Shown: one piece after another, positions 53,125-64,000 of the stretch | How the letters are laid out: every line of letters starts with the position of its first letter | Position numbering within the stretch: the stretch's first letter is position 1 | The notes under the pieces: model-generated | Database searches by the model: none | What the model was told of the DNA's origin: nothing | The model's input: the letters and a program-made list of their open reading frames with translations, nothing else | Made by a program: the position numbers and the translations under genes | DNA from: Marsupella aquatica | Taxonomy: Eukaryota > Plantae > Marchantiophyta | Assembly (NCBI GenBank): GCA_973895155.1 | Contig: OZ316891.1 | Coordinates: 16,891,651-16,955,650, forward strand | Direction: 5' to 3' | DNA length: 64,000 nt

Positions 53125-56100
53125 TAGCTCCTCTCTTAATTGCGAAGCGCCCCCGCGAGCACCATACTCTTCCTCCGTGTAGTACTTCTTTAGGCGCTCT
53201 TGATTGATCCGTGTGTTGAGTAGTTGCCCCTCCAATGTCTTGAGTTGAACCGAGCCGTTGGAGTAGACGGCATCCACTACGTAGGGTCCCATCCACCGTG
53301 TATGCAACTTCCCGGGGAAATGCATGAAGCGGCTATCGTAGAGGAGCACCAAATCTCCCTCCTCAATGGACACACGACGGAGACGGGAATCGTAATGTGA
53401 CTTGCGTTTGCCTTGCTCCTGCTCCGTATGTGTCAAAGCCTCTTCTCGTGTCTCCGTGAGTTGCTCCAACTGTTGGATCCGTGAAGCGACACTTTCTTCT
53501 GCCCCTTCCCTTTCCCGTGTTAGGATTCGAATGGTTGGAACCTCAAATTCCACCGGCACAAGAGAGTGTTGTCCAAACACAAGGAAATAGGGGCTGTGGC
53601 CCGTGGTAGTCTTGTGAGCCAGGTTGTAAGCGTAAGTGGCAGCCAACAACTTCAAATCCCAATCGGTCTTGTGAGCTGATACCGTTTTGTTGAGGATCTT
53701 GCCCATGATCCCGTTGGCTCTCTCAGTGAGCCCGTTGGCTCGAGGGTGGTACGGAGTGGTCTTCCTATGTGAGATCAAGTAGTTCTCCGTCAAACGTTCA
53801 ATCGTATGATTGAGGAAGTGAGTACCCCTGTCACTTACCAACTCCAATGGTGGACCAAATCGTGTAAAAATCTGCTCATACAAAAAACGTGCCGTGGTGT
53901 TGGCATCATCCTTGGCAGTAGCTCGGGCCTCCACCCACTTGGTGGCATAGTCCGTTGCAAGAATGATGTAGCGCTTCCTCCCTCTTCGTGTGATGGGAGT
54001 GAAAGGGCCAATGAAGTCCACCCCCCACTTCTCAAAGGGTGCAAGAGGAAGTATGGGCACCAATGGGTGTCGTGAGGAGGGCCCTGGTTTGCCTTGACGC
54101 TGGCACGGATCACATCGCTGGATGTACCGGTGTACATCCCGAAAGAGAGTTGGCCACCAATATCCAGCATCTAGTATTTTCCTTGCGGTGGTCTCCCGTG
54201 CAAAGTGGCCACCAGCTTCCTCCTCATGTAATGCTGCCATGACTGTACGTATCTCCGCTTCCTCCAAACAACGACGAAGTCGGCCATCCATGCCGTACTT
54301 GTGAAGTACTCCCTTCACAAGCAAGTAGGGACCTGTCTTACGCAAAAACACTGCTGCTCTCTCCGGGCCCAAACGTGAGGGAACTCTAGCCGTGCGGAGA
54401 AATTCCAAAATTTCTCCATACCAAGTAGTGGCCTCTGTATTCACGCTGAACACTTCCTCATCCGGGAACCGATCATCAATCTCCTGGGAGTCAGATGCTC
54501 CCTCAATACGGGAGAAGAAGTCTGCATTGCTATGACTCTTCCCCGATCTTACTCTCACCTCATAGTTGAACTCTTGTAGCAACAAAACCCAACGTGCAAT
54601 TCTCCCGGACAGATCTGGCTTGTTGACCATGTATTTCAAGCTGTTGTGATCCGTGTGGAACACAACCTTGTACCCCAACAAATAATGACGATACTTCTTA
54701 CAAGCGTAGATGATACCAAGTGCCTCCCTATCGGTGGGTGAGTAGTTTTTCTCTGCCGGGGCCAACTGCCTACTGGCAAAGTAGATGGGATGGTCTCTTC
54801 CATCATCATCTAACTGACTCAAAACGGCACCGATGCAAAATCCTGATACGTCTACGTAAACATGGAATTCCTTATTCCAATTGGGCGTAATGAGCACGGG
54901 GGCCTCTAGCAATCGTTTCTTCAATTCATCAAAAGCAGCCTGACGGGAAGGAGTAGGTTCAAACTCACTTCCTTTTTTCAACATGGAAGTGAGTGGCATG
55001 GCTACCTTGGCAAAGTCTTTGATGAAGCGTCGGTAGTAGCCAACACACCCCAAGAACCCTCTCACTTCCTTCACATTCTTGGGAAATGAGACTGCTACCC
55101 ACACGGCGACCTTCTCACGATCAACTTCAATCCCTCGTGCAGACACTTTGTGGCCCAATAGGATTCCCTCCTCAATTCCAAAGAAACATTTCTCCGGATG
55201 CAGCTTCAGGCAAGTCTCCCGGCACCGCTGAAAAGTCAACCGTAAGTGTTCCGGATGCTTGACTCGTTTGCCGTAGACAGCAAAGTCATCAATAAAGATC
55301 TCCAAGAACCTGCGTAAAAAGTCATGAAATATATTCATCATGAGCCGTTGGAACATGCCAGGGGCATTGCACAACCCAAAAGGCATTCTCCGGAATGCAA
55401 AAATCCCCCACTCTGTTGTGAAAGCCGTCTTGAGTTGGTCCTCCTCCCGTATCCAGATTTGGTTGTACCCAGAGTAGCCATCCAAGAAGCTGTATATCTC
55501 CCAACCTGCTACCATGTCCAACACGATATCCGTGAACGGTAGCGGGTAGTGATCCTTCTTGGTCGCATCATTCAACTTTCGAAAATCTTGGCACACCCGT
55601 ATTTTCACCTTCCCGTCTGGCCCCTTTTTCTTGGGCACGATTACGATGGGTGACACCCACTCACTATGCATGACCGGATAAATGAATCCTGCATCCAACA
55701 AACGGTCAATCTCCTCCTTCACCATGAGTGAGTATTTGGGGTTGAGGCGGTATTGGCGTTGCCTCACAGGTCGTGCTCCTGACATCAGGTCAATGCTGTG
55801 CTCACCAAACTCAGGTGGCACTCCTTTCAAATCTTGGTGGCTCCACGCAAATACGTCTTGGTACTCTTTCAACAATTCCTGAATCGTGCGTTGCTCCGTA
55901 GCATCCAACTTACTACCAATGTTGAGTGTCTTGCCCTCACCCACTTCCACCTTTGTGTACTGCTCCGGCCTGATCACGTCCAACTTGTTGCGTGTCTCCT
56001 CATCAAAGGTTTCTTCCAACCGTGCGAGCCTCATCCCTCCATACACCGGTGCATCACTCTCCTCCTGGTCTGGTCGGGATGGAGGTGGATCCTTTGTCAC

Positions 56101-59100
56101 ATGGGCCATCATTTCTTCAACGTCAGATTCTTTGTAATGTGACAATAGCTCCTCTCTAAAGTCATCATCCAGGATGTCATTCAAAAACTGCTCTCTTTGC
56201 TCATCATCAAACATGATCGTGTGGGCTTGCATTTCCACCTCCTCGGGGTGATCCTCTGCCTCCCTATCATGAATCTCTAGAGGTTCAGCCTCCACAATTT
56301 TGCTTCGCTCGTCTTCCATCTCTTCTAGAACAGCGTGCACTTGGCTAACTGATTCCTCTACTGCATGCTCTTGAGTAGCAACTCCGGGGCCAAAAACATC
56401 TTCCTCCGTGAGGTGAGAAATCAGTTTCACCATGTATACTTCATCCTCGTCTTCATCTGAGGTGACCTCTGAATCATATTCCTCCTCCATAGTCGTAGTC
56501 TCCCCGTGAGGTGACTCCGCTGACCATGGAATAGTGATAGTGGGGATACCAAACCGAAACTGCCGTTTGCCCCAATCACTTGTGACCTTGGCCACATACA
56601 ACCATGGCCTGCCAATTAAAATGGGAAAACCGTACGGCCGAACGGGTCGCATCACCAAATAGTTGAGGGGGAAAGATTTTCCCCCAATCATTGTTGGAAT
56701 CTTGGTGAGACACCCCAACGGCACCACCCGTGCACCATCAGCCAACCTCATGGCACGTGCCGGTGGTTCTAACTCTGTATACCCCAACCGGTTTGCCGTC
56801 TCCTCAGTCATGATGTTGACTCCCGAGCCCCCGTCCACCGGTACAAACCGTATTGCACATCCATTGATGTCCACCGTGAGTTCTGGGGCACCCAAATCCT
56901 CCGTGACCCAGTTGACTTGTATGGGGTCAGCCCCAACTTTGGGTAACCTTCTTCTACGTCTCCTCCTCATGAGAATCTCCTTGACTTGGCGACGGTATAG
57001 GGAGCTATCCCGTAATAGTTGACCAATTGTGGCACTGACTGGGCAATCCAGAATGTCTTGAGCAATGTTGTACGCGGTTGCAGGAGGTATGGGTGGGATG
57101 ACCTCTTCTCCCGGTTTCCAACGAACAACCCTCTCCTCCGCTTTCTTTCTGGCCTTTGCCTCCTCCATGTCTTTGTCAATGGCCGCTTGCATGGCTTGTG
57201 CTTCTAGCTCCTCCAACTGCTTACGTACCTCTTCTCCCACCTTCGGATAGAACAACTTGGGGTTGTCCCGATCAAAGTCACTATCCTCCATGGGTGGCAC
57301 CTCCGGTTCGTGTGAGGTACCCGATGTGGAAGCTTGATGCACCTCCTTGTACTTCTGCTTGAGCTCGGACTTGCCCTTCTTTTTGCCGGATCGAGTGGAG
57401 ACTCGGTAACAAGAGTAATGCCTTCTCTCCTCGTCGCTGTCTTCCTCCGGTAGATTCTCAGCATGAGTCCACTCATGACTTGGGGGTGAGGGGTTAGCAA
57501 CTTCAACTTCCGTAGATGTTGCAACAACAACCACCGGTATCTCAACAACTGGAGATACTACAACGACTAGCGGTACCACCTCCTCCGTTACGGTGGTCAT
57601 CCTTTGCTTGGGAATGTTCACTACGGTTTCTTCTCTTCTAGTGATTAGAGGGGTGTCGACTGCTTCCGTGGTGAGAAAGTTGACGCTAGCTTCTTTCAGA
57701 GGAGGTGGCGGCCCCTTCTTCTCTTGTGCCCCAATCGGTTGAGCCTTGAACGCCTCCAAGGTTGGGCAGTGTGGTGCAAGATGACCCTCCCCCTTGCATA
57801 GTTGACACAGCCGGGCAAAATCTCCATTGCCTTGACGGGTGGGCTCTGGGCACACATTAGCGTAGTGGCCCGCCACTCTACAATTGTAACAAATAGGGAT
57901 CTTCCTCACTCCAGGGTACGGTGGTCGATTCCCTGGGTTAGCGTTGGGATAGTTGGAGTATGCGGGTGCTCCGGCGTTTGTTGAAACTCCATGAATGCTC
58001 CGTGGTCCCGGGTTGAGAGGTTGTACACTATACACGTTGGCCTCTGGTGGCTCCTCCATGAAGTACTCTATTGGCCCTTCCGCTGCATATGAAGGATTTG
58101 AGTAGCTTGCCCCCTCAACATCCTCCTCCCGTACTTGGAAAACCTTGGCTGGTTCTCCCGCTGGGCACTCCTTCGGGGCATGACCAAACTTCATGCACTT
58201 GGTGCACCACACATTGGCTCTCTCCACCGGAACTTTTCTCCTCTCAGGTTTGAGTCCGGCAAAATGTACTTTCAACGCTTTCATTTGCTCCGTCAGCTCA
58301 TCATATCTGGCCTCTTGCTCCTTCAGGCGTCTTGCCGTAGACAATGGTGTACCGGCCACCGTGGGTAGTATCACTTCACGGTGAGAGGACTTCTTGACTT
58401 TCTTTGACAACTTCTTCTTCTTCCTCCTTCGTCTTTCAGCTTCTGACTCCGTAGTGTCTGACTCTGTAGTACTCTCAGAATCCTCAGATTCATCACTACT
58501 ATCTGAATCAGATCCACTCGACTCCTCACTGGAGGAACTGTCAACCGGCTTCAGCTTCTTTCTTCGGCAACGCTTGCTTGTGGCATCAGCTGCGGTGTAT
58601 GACTCCGCTGCTGCAATAGCTTCAGCCAATGTGGTTGGCTTGGCTTGACGTACAAAGAACCCCATCTTGCTTGGTAGGGCAGCCACAAACCAGGCTTGAC
58701 GCATAGCATCATCGGTACGGGCTTGGATCCGACGTACCAGCTTTTGGAACCTTTGCAAAAACCTCCGTAATGACTCCTTCTTCTTCATCCTGAGTTGGCC
58801 CACCTTTAATAGTGAGGTGGCCTCCACTCCTATGGATCTGAACTCCTTCAAGAAGGCTTGCTTGAACAGAGCCCAATCAGCTTTCACGTTGGCCAACAAC
58901 GAAATGAACCATGGACCTGCCTCCCCTCTCATCATTCCAGGAATGATAGTGAGCTTATGTGCAGACTCCCCATTAGCTTCGGCAATCCCTTCAAACTCCT
59001 CAATCCATTCGTCTGGATCATCCTTTGGTCTCCCCTTGAAGGGTACGTACTGAACACGGGTACGTTGTGCAGCTGCCATCGGTGCAGCCGGTGCCTGTAT

Positions 59101-59487
59101 CAACACAGGTGGTAATGGCGCTTGTTGGGCCACCGGTAACAGCACCGATGATAGGTGTGAGATGATTTGTGGCAATGCAGTGAGCTCTGGGATCAGATTT
59201 TGTAACTCAGACTGCACCAACACAAAGGGCTCTCCTTCTTCTCGCTCGTGATCTATGTCTGGCTCTTCGTCTGGGCATATGGCCTCATTACGTTGAGCCT
59301 CTTCCTGTTGCACACCAACTTGTTCTTCCAGCACCAGTGGCAACCTCCTCTCTTCTGCAAGCCGTAAGCGTTCTTCGGCAGCAACTCGTCGTCTGGTCCC
59401 AATCCAAGAGGGCCCCCCTTCTAGCTCTGATCTTGGGGTACGTGTGTGTTGGGGACTTCCTCTACCTCCCCTTCTCCCTCTCGGCAT
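53089..59487 (-). CDS. gag-pol: Gag-Pol polyprotein, B2 (2132 aa)
   Basis: Intact, only a few residues different from B1. Confidence 0.97.
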   Translation of the reverse strand: MPRGRRGGRGSPQHTRTPRSELEGGPSWIGTRRRVAAEERLRLAEERRLPLVLEEQVGVQQEEAQRNEAICPDEEPDIDHEREEGEPFVLVQSELQNLIPELTALPQIISHLSSVLLPVAQQAPLPPVLIQAPAAPMAAAQRTRVQYVPFKGRPKDDPDEWIEEFEGIAEANGESAHKLTIIPGMMRGEAGPWFISLLANVKADWALFKQAFLKEFRSIGVEATSLLKVGQLRMKKKESLRRFLQRFQKLVRRIQARTDDAMRQAWFVAALPSKMGFFVRQAKPTTLAEAIAAAESYTAADATSKRCRRKKLKPVDSSSSEESSGSDSDSSDESEDSESTTESDTTESEAERRRRKKKKLSKKVKKSSHREVILPTVAGTPLSTARRLKEQEARYDELTEQMKALKVHFAGLKPERRKVPVERANVWCTKCMKFGHAPKECPAGEPAKVFQVREEDVEGASYSNPSYAAEGPIEYFMEEPPEANVYSVQPLNPGPRSIHGVSTNAGAPAYSNYPNANPGNRPPYPGVRKIPICYNCRVAGHYANVCPEPTRQGNGDFARLCQLCKGEGHLAPHCPTLEAFKAQPIGAQEKKGPPPPLKEASVNFLTTEAVDTPLITRREETVVNIPKQRMTTVTEEVVPLVVVVSPVVEIPVVVVATSTEVEVANPSPPSHEWTHAENLPEEDSDEERRHYSCYRVSTRSGKKKGKSELKQKYKEVHQASTSGTSHEPEVPPMEDSDFDRDNPKLFYPKVGEEVRKQLEELEAQAMQAAIDKDMEEAKARKKAEERVVRWKPGEEVIPPIPPATAYNIAQDILDCPVSATIGQLLRDSSLYRRQVKEILMRRRRRRRLPKVGADPIQVNWVTEDLGAPELTVDINGCAIRFVPVDGGSGVNIMTEETANRLGYTELEPPARAMRLADGARVVPLGCLTKIPTMIGGKSFPLNYLVMRPVRPYGFPILIGRPWLYVAKVTSDWGKRQFRFGIPTITIPWSAESPHGETTTMEEEYDSEVTSDEDEDEVYMVKLISHLTEEDVFGPGVATQEHAVEESVSQVHAVLEEMEDERSKIVEAEPLEIHDREAEDHPEEVEMQAHTIMFDDEQREQFLNDILDDDFREELLSHYKESDVEEMMAHVTKDPPPSRPDQEESDAPVYGGMRLARLEETFDEETRNKLDVIRPEQYTKVEVGEGKTLNIGSKLDATEQRTIQELLKEYQDVFAWSHQDLKGVPPEFGEHSIDLMSGARPVRQRQYRLNPKYSLMVKEEIDRLLDAGFIYPVMHSEWVSPIVIVPKKKGPDGKVKIRVCQDFRKLNDATKKDHYPLPFTDIVLDMVAGWEIYSFLDGYSGYNQIWIREEDQLKTAFTTEWGIFAFRRMPFGLCNAPGMFQRLMMNIFHDFLRRFLEIFIDDFAVYGKRVKHPEHLRLTFQRCRETCLKLHPEKCFFGIEEGILLGHKVSARGIEVDREKVAVWVAVSFPKNVKEVRGFLGCVGYYRRFIKDFAKVAMPLTSMLKKGSEFEPTPSRQAAFDELKKRLLEAPVLITPNWNKEFHVYVDVSGFCIGAVLSQLDDDGRDHPIYFASRQLAPAEKNYSPTDREALGIIYACKKYRHYLLGYKVVFHTDHNSLKYMVNKPDLSGRIARWVLLLQEFNYEVRVRSGKSHSNADFFSRIEGASDSQEIDDRFPDEEVFSVNTEATTWYGEILEFLRTARVPSRLGPERAAVFLRKTGPYLLVKGVLHKYGMDGRLRRCLEEAEIRTVMAALHEEEAGGHFARETTARKILDAGYWWPTLFRDVHRYIQRCDPCQRQGKPGPSSRHPLVPILPLAPFEKWGVDFIGPFTPITRRGRKRYIILATDYATKWVEARATAKDDANTTARFLYEQIFTRFGPPLELVSDRGTHFLNHTIERLTENYLISHRKTTPYHPRANGLTERANGIMGKILNKTVSAHKTDWDLKLLAATYAYNLAHKTTTGHSPYFLVFGQHSLVPVEFEVPTIRILTREREGAEESVASRIQQLEQLTETREEALTHTEQEQGKRKSHYDSRLRRVSIEEGDLVLLYDSRFMHFPGKLHTRWMGPYVVDAVYSNGSVQLKTLEGQLLNTRINQERLKKYYTEEEYGARGGASQLREELCDGYPVTGSHT
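53125..53141 (-). promoter_or_regulatory. Polypurine tract, B2
   Basis: AATTAAGAGAGGAGCTA adjacent to the LTR. Confidence 0.85.
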
Positions 59488-59704
59488 CCCATTGAGACCT
59501 GCATTCCAAACTTACACCAATGTCTCAGAAAGCAATATTTGTAAACATCAACCGTCGCACGATGCGTTGTGGTTGACGTACAATAACAAAGTAACCAACA
59601 AACTTCTCACGTATCAACCGTCGCAAGTTGCGTTGTGGTTGATAGGTTTGAACTCCCAATAGACGTAGCTCCCCTCCTTCGTGTCGTCAAACAAGAAGAA
59701 GGAT

Positions 59705-59722
59705 TCCCCGGCAGCGGCGCCA
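59705..59722 (-). promoter_or_regulatory. Primer binding site (tRNA-Asp type), B2
   Basis: TGGCGCCGCTGCCGGGGA, 20 nt from the LTR end at 59743. Confidence 0.8.
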
Positions 59723-59742
59723 AAAACAAAAGACCACACTTA

Positions 59743-62606
59743 TGTCACTTGCCTCTCCAACGGTTAATACGTGCAAACCGCACTTTTCTTCGCTTAAACC
59801 GTTGGTATCGTATTACGGGGTCGTGGAGGGACGCTATTTGGATTCTTTTCACACCAGGATGAGTATTTTGGTTTCCGCTCCCGGAAATGTAGGTTTTGAT
59901 CAAGTCTACCGACTACCCTCACCCCACAGCTTTTGATCAAGTCCTGCCGACTACCCCACTACACCTTCACTCGGAGTCACCCAAAGAGTGCTGTCACCAC
60001 CCCTACTCACAAGGCCGACTCAAACCAAGCAAGTTTCTTCAAATCATAGAACGGGAGAACACAATTCGGAAAGCGAAAAAGGGAGAAGGAACACACAACA
60101 AAAGCCCATCAAGTCAAATGTACAGATCCATATCTCTTGGGAAAAACGATACACATTGCATGAGTAACCCGGCCTCCTGCCGTCTACTCAACTCCTGCCT
60201 CTCCGGACAATGAGTATGGCTCCCCCTCACTACTCTGAACACGCTTTCAAACTCCTCAGGCTCCACTCTATCCCTCCTTGCTAACTTCACACTGAGTCCC
60301 CCTAACTACTTCGGGGCTATCCCCCTAAATACTGAAAAATCACACCAAAGCACCCCTCACAGGGTCACAACGGTGGCGGCTACCCTAGCGGCGCCGCTAA
60401 AACCTTGCACTAAGAGAAATCCTTAAACTGAAGAGGAGCATGCGGCACACACATGCTGCTAAAACCCTAAACCCAAAACAAGGGGGCCGACGGTGCCTTC
60501 GACGGCGCCCCAACAGTACACGTGAACCCTGAAAGTGAGAGGCACCCCAAAATGGCCGAAACTAGGTGCCCTTCCAAGTGCACACCTGAGCTCACCCCTG
60601 GATAGCTCTTCTTTTCCTGCTTCCGAATCACTAAGTCGCTCCCTCAACGGACTTCAGACGCCTGAGTTATGGCCGTTTCCGTACCGCAAAAACATAAGTT
60701 CTCCAGGCCATAACTTGCTCATCCTGGCTCCGTTTGAGGAGCGCCGCCTCTTGTTGGAATCAGCTCCGCGAGCTCATCCCAACAAGCCCATGAGTGACCC
60801 CCCACTAAAATGTTGGAAATCTGGAGGCCGTACACCCACGTCCGTACGCCTATCTAATCCTCCTCTTCTTCTTCGCTCTCGGTGCCCGGACTTGTGCCCC
60901 GTGAGTGGTCCTCCTCCTCATCACTCACGGGAGTGAGTGCCACCGTACTTTTCTTCTTCTTCGACGGAGTACTCTTAGTGCTGCTGCTCCCGCGCTTCCT
61001 CAAAGCAGCCAAGGCCTGCCACGCCTTGATGTACCCCTCACCAATTGTGTCCTTCCAGAGGGTAGCCTCTTCTCCGGACCGCAACTCCAACGGTAGAACT
61101 TGCCCCGTGGCCATGGGAGTCCCGGGGGTGACAGACCTGGGTGGCATCCCCGTACTGACCTGAGCCTCCCGTAACGATTTCCGTACCTCCCGGAGCTTCT
61201 TCTCCAAGCTCTTACTCTTCTCCTGACTCTTCTTGGCTCCATCCAACAAGGGTCCATACTTCCCACTAACCTCCTTCACCACCATCTCGATAGCTTGGGA
61301 GATCACATCCGGGGAAAGTGTGGAGCCAGGTGTGCCGGGACTCTTCCGTTTCCCTAGACTCAGGGCCTCACTTCTCTTCGCTCGTGTCTCAAAGGCTGCC
61401 ACCTGACTCCGTAGTGCTCCCACCTGGTTCCTCCACTCCATCACTTCTCCAGAATTTTGCTTCTCTTTGGCCAATGCTTGCCTCAACGCTCCTACTTCTT
61501 CTGCTTCCTTGGCCTTGGTGGACAAAGCTCCCTTCAAGTTGGTGATCTCTACGTGAGTTGCATTGATGTGCCTGACCTTCTCATGAATGGTCTGCTCCTT
61601 GGTCTTGATCACCTCCTTCAGTGACAGGATGCTCTGCTCTAACGTCTCTACTTTGACTGTGGCGTGCTTGAGAGACTCCCTCAATGCGTGGACTAGCTTG
61701 AGTCCCTCGTGGACTCCCTCTCTGAAATCCCGTAGCTCTGCCAAGTAAACATCCGGAATGTTGTATTCCAGAGGCTGTTTCGGATCTCCCACGAGTGATT
61801 CAAGCCACTCCAATGTGCAATCATCCTCCTGGTTCTCTTCTTCTCTATTATCCTCCCCACCAGCAGACAATGATTCCTCCGTGAGCTTCCCTAAAACGGT
61901 AGTGGCAATACTCCGGATCTCCGTGGTGAGAGATGATCCCGTGTCTTCATGCCCCGGAGAACCAATCAACCCTTCTGCCCTGGCCAATACAAATGACCCC
62001 ATCAAATGTACAGCCCCACCTGGTTTCACACTCCCGGGCTCAGCGGCCAATAGCTTCTTCAATCCGTAGCACCACCATCCGTACACATGGGCTGGGTAGT
62101 TCTTGATGTCCATAGCTACCACGAAATGCTCCTCATTCAGCACTCCGGATTGCACGTTGCCAAGAACCCGTTGATGCACCTTGGCCAGGAAGCCCTTATA
62201 CTCAACATCCTTGACAGCAGAAAGAGGGATGGCGGTGGTGGAGGTAGGATTGGTCACCCAAGTGGCCACCATTTTCAACGTGAGTTCTCCCCTGATATTC
62301 CGAGGTGTGAATGAGAATTTCTGATTCTCAAGAAACAATAGCTTAGCCAACTCCACATGGGGCACTACACGTTTGAGACATTCAAAGTAGATTCCCTCCG
62401 TTCGGAACTCCATCCCGGCCTCAATGTCCCAGCTCTTCCCTGAAGGGATGGTAATCTCCACCTTCATGAATTCTGTAAGCCCGGTGGCTTGGAAAATGTT
62501 CCGACAATCCTCCATCACCTTGGTGGAGGTCTTGGGATAAATTCGACGAAAAATCTTCCTACCCACCGGTGAGGAACCCGCTGCCAATCCCGTGCTCATC
62601 ATAACT
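59743..62606 (-). repeat. B2 5' LTR, interrupted at 62606
   Basis: Matches the LTR starting at 49205 up to ...CATCATAACT, then unrelated sequence starting TG. Confidence 0.95.
60854..62606 (-). pseudogene. B LTR ORF separated from its N-terminus by the C insertion
   Basis: Matches the 618-aa ORF from VMMSTG onward. Confidence 0.8.
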
Positions 62607-63965
62607 TGTGGTATGGGTGTCCCTGCAATTTTTTCTGGAAACTTGTTTATTTTTAGCATATCACAAGATTTACTTACACTTTAGACACCTTCCGGCCAAC
62701 ATTTACTTGTTCTGGACACTTATAGAAATATTTGACATCTCCGGCTTTCCTGACGATTCCTAGTGTACTTTGCCCGACGCTGTGACCAGCGCCCGTTTCT
62801 TTTACTCATGACGCTTTTGGCAGTGCCCGACCGCCACCAAGACTCTATGAGGATTTCGACCGACGCTGTGGAAAGCGTCAGCTTCAACACACGACGCTGT
62901 GAGCAGCGTCCACCCTAGTATTGACGCTGTGAGCAGTGTGAGCAGCGTCCGTTGGTTTTACTTAAGACGCTTCTAGCAGCGTCCAGATTCTCCCGACGCT
63001 TCTAGCAGCGTCCGCTCAACACTTAGTTTTTGAAGTAGATTACTAGTAAAGTAGTATTCTACCACCCTTGTTGAAGTACTTATGCTGTGCTTCTCCCTTG
63101 TTTAGTTTTAAGCTTGGAAAGGCACGACTGTTCTTACCTCCTCCATTTTAGGATTCCAGCACTTATAAGACAGAGTAGAATGCTCATTTGAAGTAGAGAG
63201 AAATAGAGTTAATACTGTATTCAGAATTGAGTCTTCTGAATAGTTTTCTCCTCCTTCCATTGTAACAAGGCATGCTGTGAGTGTTTTGTATGGAAGTAAA
63301 GCTATATTGATTGAAGTTAAGATTGAATTCAAGAGATTCCTGTGGTGATTGAATTCAGTTGCAGATTTCTGAAACTCGTATTGAATTCACTGCTAGGCTT
63401 GCTTGCAGAGTCGGGATTCGCTAGCCAATTCAAGAATAGTTAATGATAAATGAGAAGTAAATTCTGATTCTCAGAGTAGTTAGTACTGTTGCTTTGATTC
63501 TGGAATATGGTTTAGAGTTTGACTGAATTGCGTATCGCTGATGTCAAACCATGTTGACGGCATTTTAAATCATATCATTCATTTGCAATCAGAAAGCTTC
63601 TGCTTCATCAGATTGAGAATTCCATTATCATTAACCTTTGTGTTTTGAAGAGTGAGATGGATGAATTATGAGATAGATTTCATGTCTATACTGAGCCCAA
63701 ATCCTTTCTGAAGGAGTGGCAGTAGCTTGTAGTCTCTAAATCCTTACTCATTTCTTCTCTAATTCATAAATCAGAAGTTCAGTTACTTTGTTGTTTGTTT
63801 ATTCGATTTTTTTTATTGAGAAGTGAAGTCAACATAGAGCTCAAGACTCTAAATCACTCGGAGTGATAAAAGTTATACAATTCATTCTGAAATCTGTTCT
63901 TAAAGGGATCGAAACCCTGGTTTTAGGTGAGGAGAGTCACTTTTGATACTTAGCACTATACGACA
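62607..63965 (+). mobile_element. 5' LTR (1359 bp) of element C, Athila-like; body outside the window
   Basis: Imperfect terminal inverted repeat TGTGGTAT...ATACGACA, followed by TCTTTT and a PBS. Predicted TSD TAACT. Confidence 0.88.
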
Positions 63966-63971
63966 TCTTTT

Positions 63972-63989
63972 TGGCGCCGCTGCCGGGGA
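63972..63989 (+). promoter_or_regulatory. Primer binding site (tRNA-Asp type), element C
   Basis: TGGCGCCGCTGCCGGGGA, identical to the family B PBS. Confidence 0.88.
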
Positions 63990-64000
63990 ACGAATTTAAG

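Larger units (their letters stand above)
49205..62606 (-). mobile_element. Family B copy 2 (5' LTR interrupted by C, remainder outside the window)
   Basis: Near-identical to B1. Left flank CTAGC is the predicted TSD. Confidence 0.96.

Noticed and set aside
60854-62659. 601-aa ORF with a new N-terminus MLKINKFPEKIAGTPIPQ
   Set aside because: Junction product: the first 18 codons are antisense LTR C sequence fused by chance to the interrupted B ORF.
62776-63012. CRISPR array
   Set aside because: Repeats are only about 18 bp and degenerate, spacers are irregular, there are no cas genes, and the array lies within a eukaryotic LTR.

Overview
This is plant-type eukaryotic DNA (lineage uncertain), made almost entirely of nested transposons, with no host gene detected. 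It is dominated by non-chromovirus Ty3/Gypsy LTR retrotransposons (Athila/Phygy-like: RT motif FIDD, no chromodomain, no extra RNase H). Their giant LTRs (about 4-4.7 kb) each carry a complete long sense-strand ORF with a conserved N-terminal domain and a coiled coil. Family A has a full element (<1-13611, +) inserted in a CACTA transposase gene and a solo LTR (42175-46829, TSD GGAGG). Family B has a full element (22207-36981, -, TSD CCTGG) and a second copy (49205->62606, -) whose 5' LTR is interrupted by element C (LTR 62607-63965). Older relatives are solo LTR D (19457-38248, -, TSD CCTGC, split by B1), partial LTR E, ORF-less solo LTR F (40834-47949, TSD ACCTT) and a decayed ORF relic G. 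Notable signals are the gene-in-LTR architecture with a possible dedicated TATA box, and a family-matched central copy of the polypurine tract in both A and B. Others are a -1 frameshift signal (GGAUUUU plus a likely pseudoknot) between protease and RT in A, a small hairpin conserved in five LTR types, and a 20-nt LTR-PBS gap in B. All coordinates and alignments were read by eye.
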